Source of the DNA: Macrostomum hystrix
Taxonomy: Eukaryota; Animalia; Platyhelminthes
DNA length: 64,000 nucleotides
Direction of reading: 5' to 3'
NCBI GenBank assembly: GCA_950097015.1
Contig: CATNEN010000038.1
Span: 32,116,001 to 32,180,000 of the forward strand
A model generated the notes under the pieces. That model had not been told where the DNA came from. It saw only the letters and a list, made by a program, of their open reading frames with translations, and did not search any database. Below, in pieces: positions 62,452-64,000 of this stretch (its first letter is position 1; the number at the start of each line of letters is the position of its first letter). The position numbers and the translations under genes are program-made.

Positions 62452-63435
62452 ATCCAACCGGATTAGTGACTAATCCAACCAGATTTGTGACTAATCCAAC
62501 CGGATTGGAGACTAATCCAACCAGATTAGTGACTAATCAAACCAGATTAGTGACAAATCCAACCAAATCAGTGACTAATCCAACCAGATTAGTGACTAAC
62601 ACAACCAAATCAGTGACTAATCCAACCAAATCAGTGACTAATCCAACCAAATCAGTGACTAATCCAACCAGATTAGTGACTAACACAACCAAATCAGTGA
62701 CTAATCCAACCAAATCAGTGACTAATCCAACCAAATCAGTGACTAATCCAACCAGATTAGTGACTAATCCAACCAGATTAGTGACTAATCCAACCAAATC
62801 AATGACTAATCCAACCAGATTAGTGACTAATCCAACCAAATCAATGACTAATCCAACTAAATCAGTGACTAATCCAACTAAATCAGTGACTAATCCAACT
62901 AAATCAGTGACTAATCCAACCAAATCAGTGACTAATCCAACCAGATTAGTGACTAACACAACCAAATCAGTGACTAATCCAACCAAATCAGTGACTAATC
63001 CAACCAGATCAGTGACTAATCTAACCAGATTAGTGACTAATCCAACCAGATTAGTGACTAATCCAACCAGATTAGTGACTAATCCAACCAAATCAATGAC
63101 TAATCCAACTAAATCAGTGACTAATCCAACTAAATCAGTGACTAATCCAACCAGATTAGTGACTAATCCAACCAGATTAGTGACTAATCCAACCAGATTA
63201 GTGACTAATCCAACCAAATCAGTGACTAATCCAACCAGATTAGTGACTAATCCAACCAAATCAGTGACTAATCTAACCAGATTAGTGACTAATCCAAACA
63301 AATCAGTGACTAATCCAAACAAATCAGTGACTAATCCAACCAAATCAGTGACTAATCCAACCAAATCAGTGACTAATCCAACCAAATCAGTGACTAATCC
63401 AAACAAATCAGTGACTAATCCAACAAATCAGTTAC
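62452..63435. repeat. 21-bp minisatellite GTGACTAATCCAACCA(GATTA/AATCA)
   Basis: Directly visible, just beyond the stop of the GoLoco gene. Confidence 0.97.
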
Positions 63436-63544
63436 TAATGAGGAACATCTACAGGAGTTATGCATCTAGTCTATTGTTTTTGTTGTTTTTGCGGCTAGTC
63501 TATGTGAGTAGTAGGATTGCACAGTGGTAACTTGTCGGCATCAA

Positions 63545-64000
63545 TCATTGTCGCTTCTTTCTCAAACTGAGACGGCTGAACAAACCAAACCGACTGCCGC
63601 CGCTCTGACTGCCGCTGACATGCTGCTGCTGCTGTTGCTGTTTGCGCTGCCTCCTGGCTGCCATGGATCTGAACACATCGGCCTGAGGAAGCGTGCTGCC
63701 AGCTCCTAGGCAGGCCCGCTGGTCGTCTAGTCGGCAGCCCTGCCAGCGAGCTAGCGCGTCAAAGAAGGCCTCCTCCGGCGTTGGCTCCGGCGCCGCGGCT
63801 CGCTGATCGTCCATCCGACGGGATTGGCACCTGCTGACCAAGTCTAGAAAGGCTTCGTCTCCGGTCGGATTGTCGGGCTTGTCGACGACATTCAATGGCT
63901 TCGGCCGCTCCGCAGATAATGACAAGCGACGCTGCTGCGTGCCTTTCTCGGCGGCAGCGCCGGCAGAAGCAGCAGCAGCAGCCGACTGCTTTGCTCGGCC
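63545..64000 (-). CDS. C-terminal coding region of a GoLoco/GPR-motif protein (GPSM1/2, AGS3/LGN/Pins-like), partial
   Basis: Two GoLoco motifs, DEAFLDLVSRCQSRRMDDQR and EEAFFDALARWQGCRLDDQR; the frame stays open to the window edge. Confidence 0.88.
   Translation of the reverse strand, partial: GRAKQSAAAAASAGAAAEKGTQQRRLSLSAERPKPLNVVDKPDNPTGDEAFLDLVSRCQSRRMDDQRAAAPEPTPEEAFFDALARWQGCRLDDQRACLGAGSTLPQADVFRSMAARRQRKQQQQQQHVSGSQSGGSRFGLFSRLSLRKKRQ

Noticed and set aside
62466-63530. 354-aa VTNPTKS repeat ORF
   Set aside because: Translation of a 21-bp array, open on both strands, with a non-ATG start, lying in the 3' flank of the GoLoco gene.

Overview
Eukaryotic (animal) genomic DNA, not prokaryotic: short GC-richer exons with GT-AG introns, and an extreme load of minisatellites. 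This style suggests a free-living flatworm such as Macrostomum, but that is inference only. Most long ORFs in the supplied track are artefacts of tandem repeats. Genes I can support: (1) a klumpfuss/EGR-like C2H2 zinc-finger exon with polyQ/polyP tracts (- strand, 8756-9942, continuing off the left edge); (2) a two-exon, 99-aa secreted prepropeptide gene missed by the ORF track (20252-20621, +); (3) a ~33-kb, multi-exon IP3-receptor-family channel gene (56514 to 23880, -) with a non-canonical pore filter (LRFGLIGD) and a partly degenerate IP3-binding site; (4) MEIG1 (59554-59826, +); (5) the 3' end of a GoLoco-motif gene (GPSM/AGS3/Pins-like, -). Mobile DNA: four copies of a structured tRNA-derived SINE, a second SINE type, a TIR-bounded composite element carrying an internally deleted Tc1/IS630-like transposase, and a mariner relic. 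There is also a ~4.4-kb tandem duplication at the left end. The most interesting leads are the divergent IP3R-like channel, the orphan prepropeptide, inverted SINEs bracketing four IP3R exons (circRNA candidate), an 80-bp repeat that duplicates a splice donor and creates in-frame candidate mini-exons, and a TCTAACA core shared by several otherwise different minisatellites. All exon boundaries were read by eye, and repeat edges are approximate.
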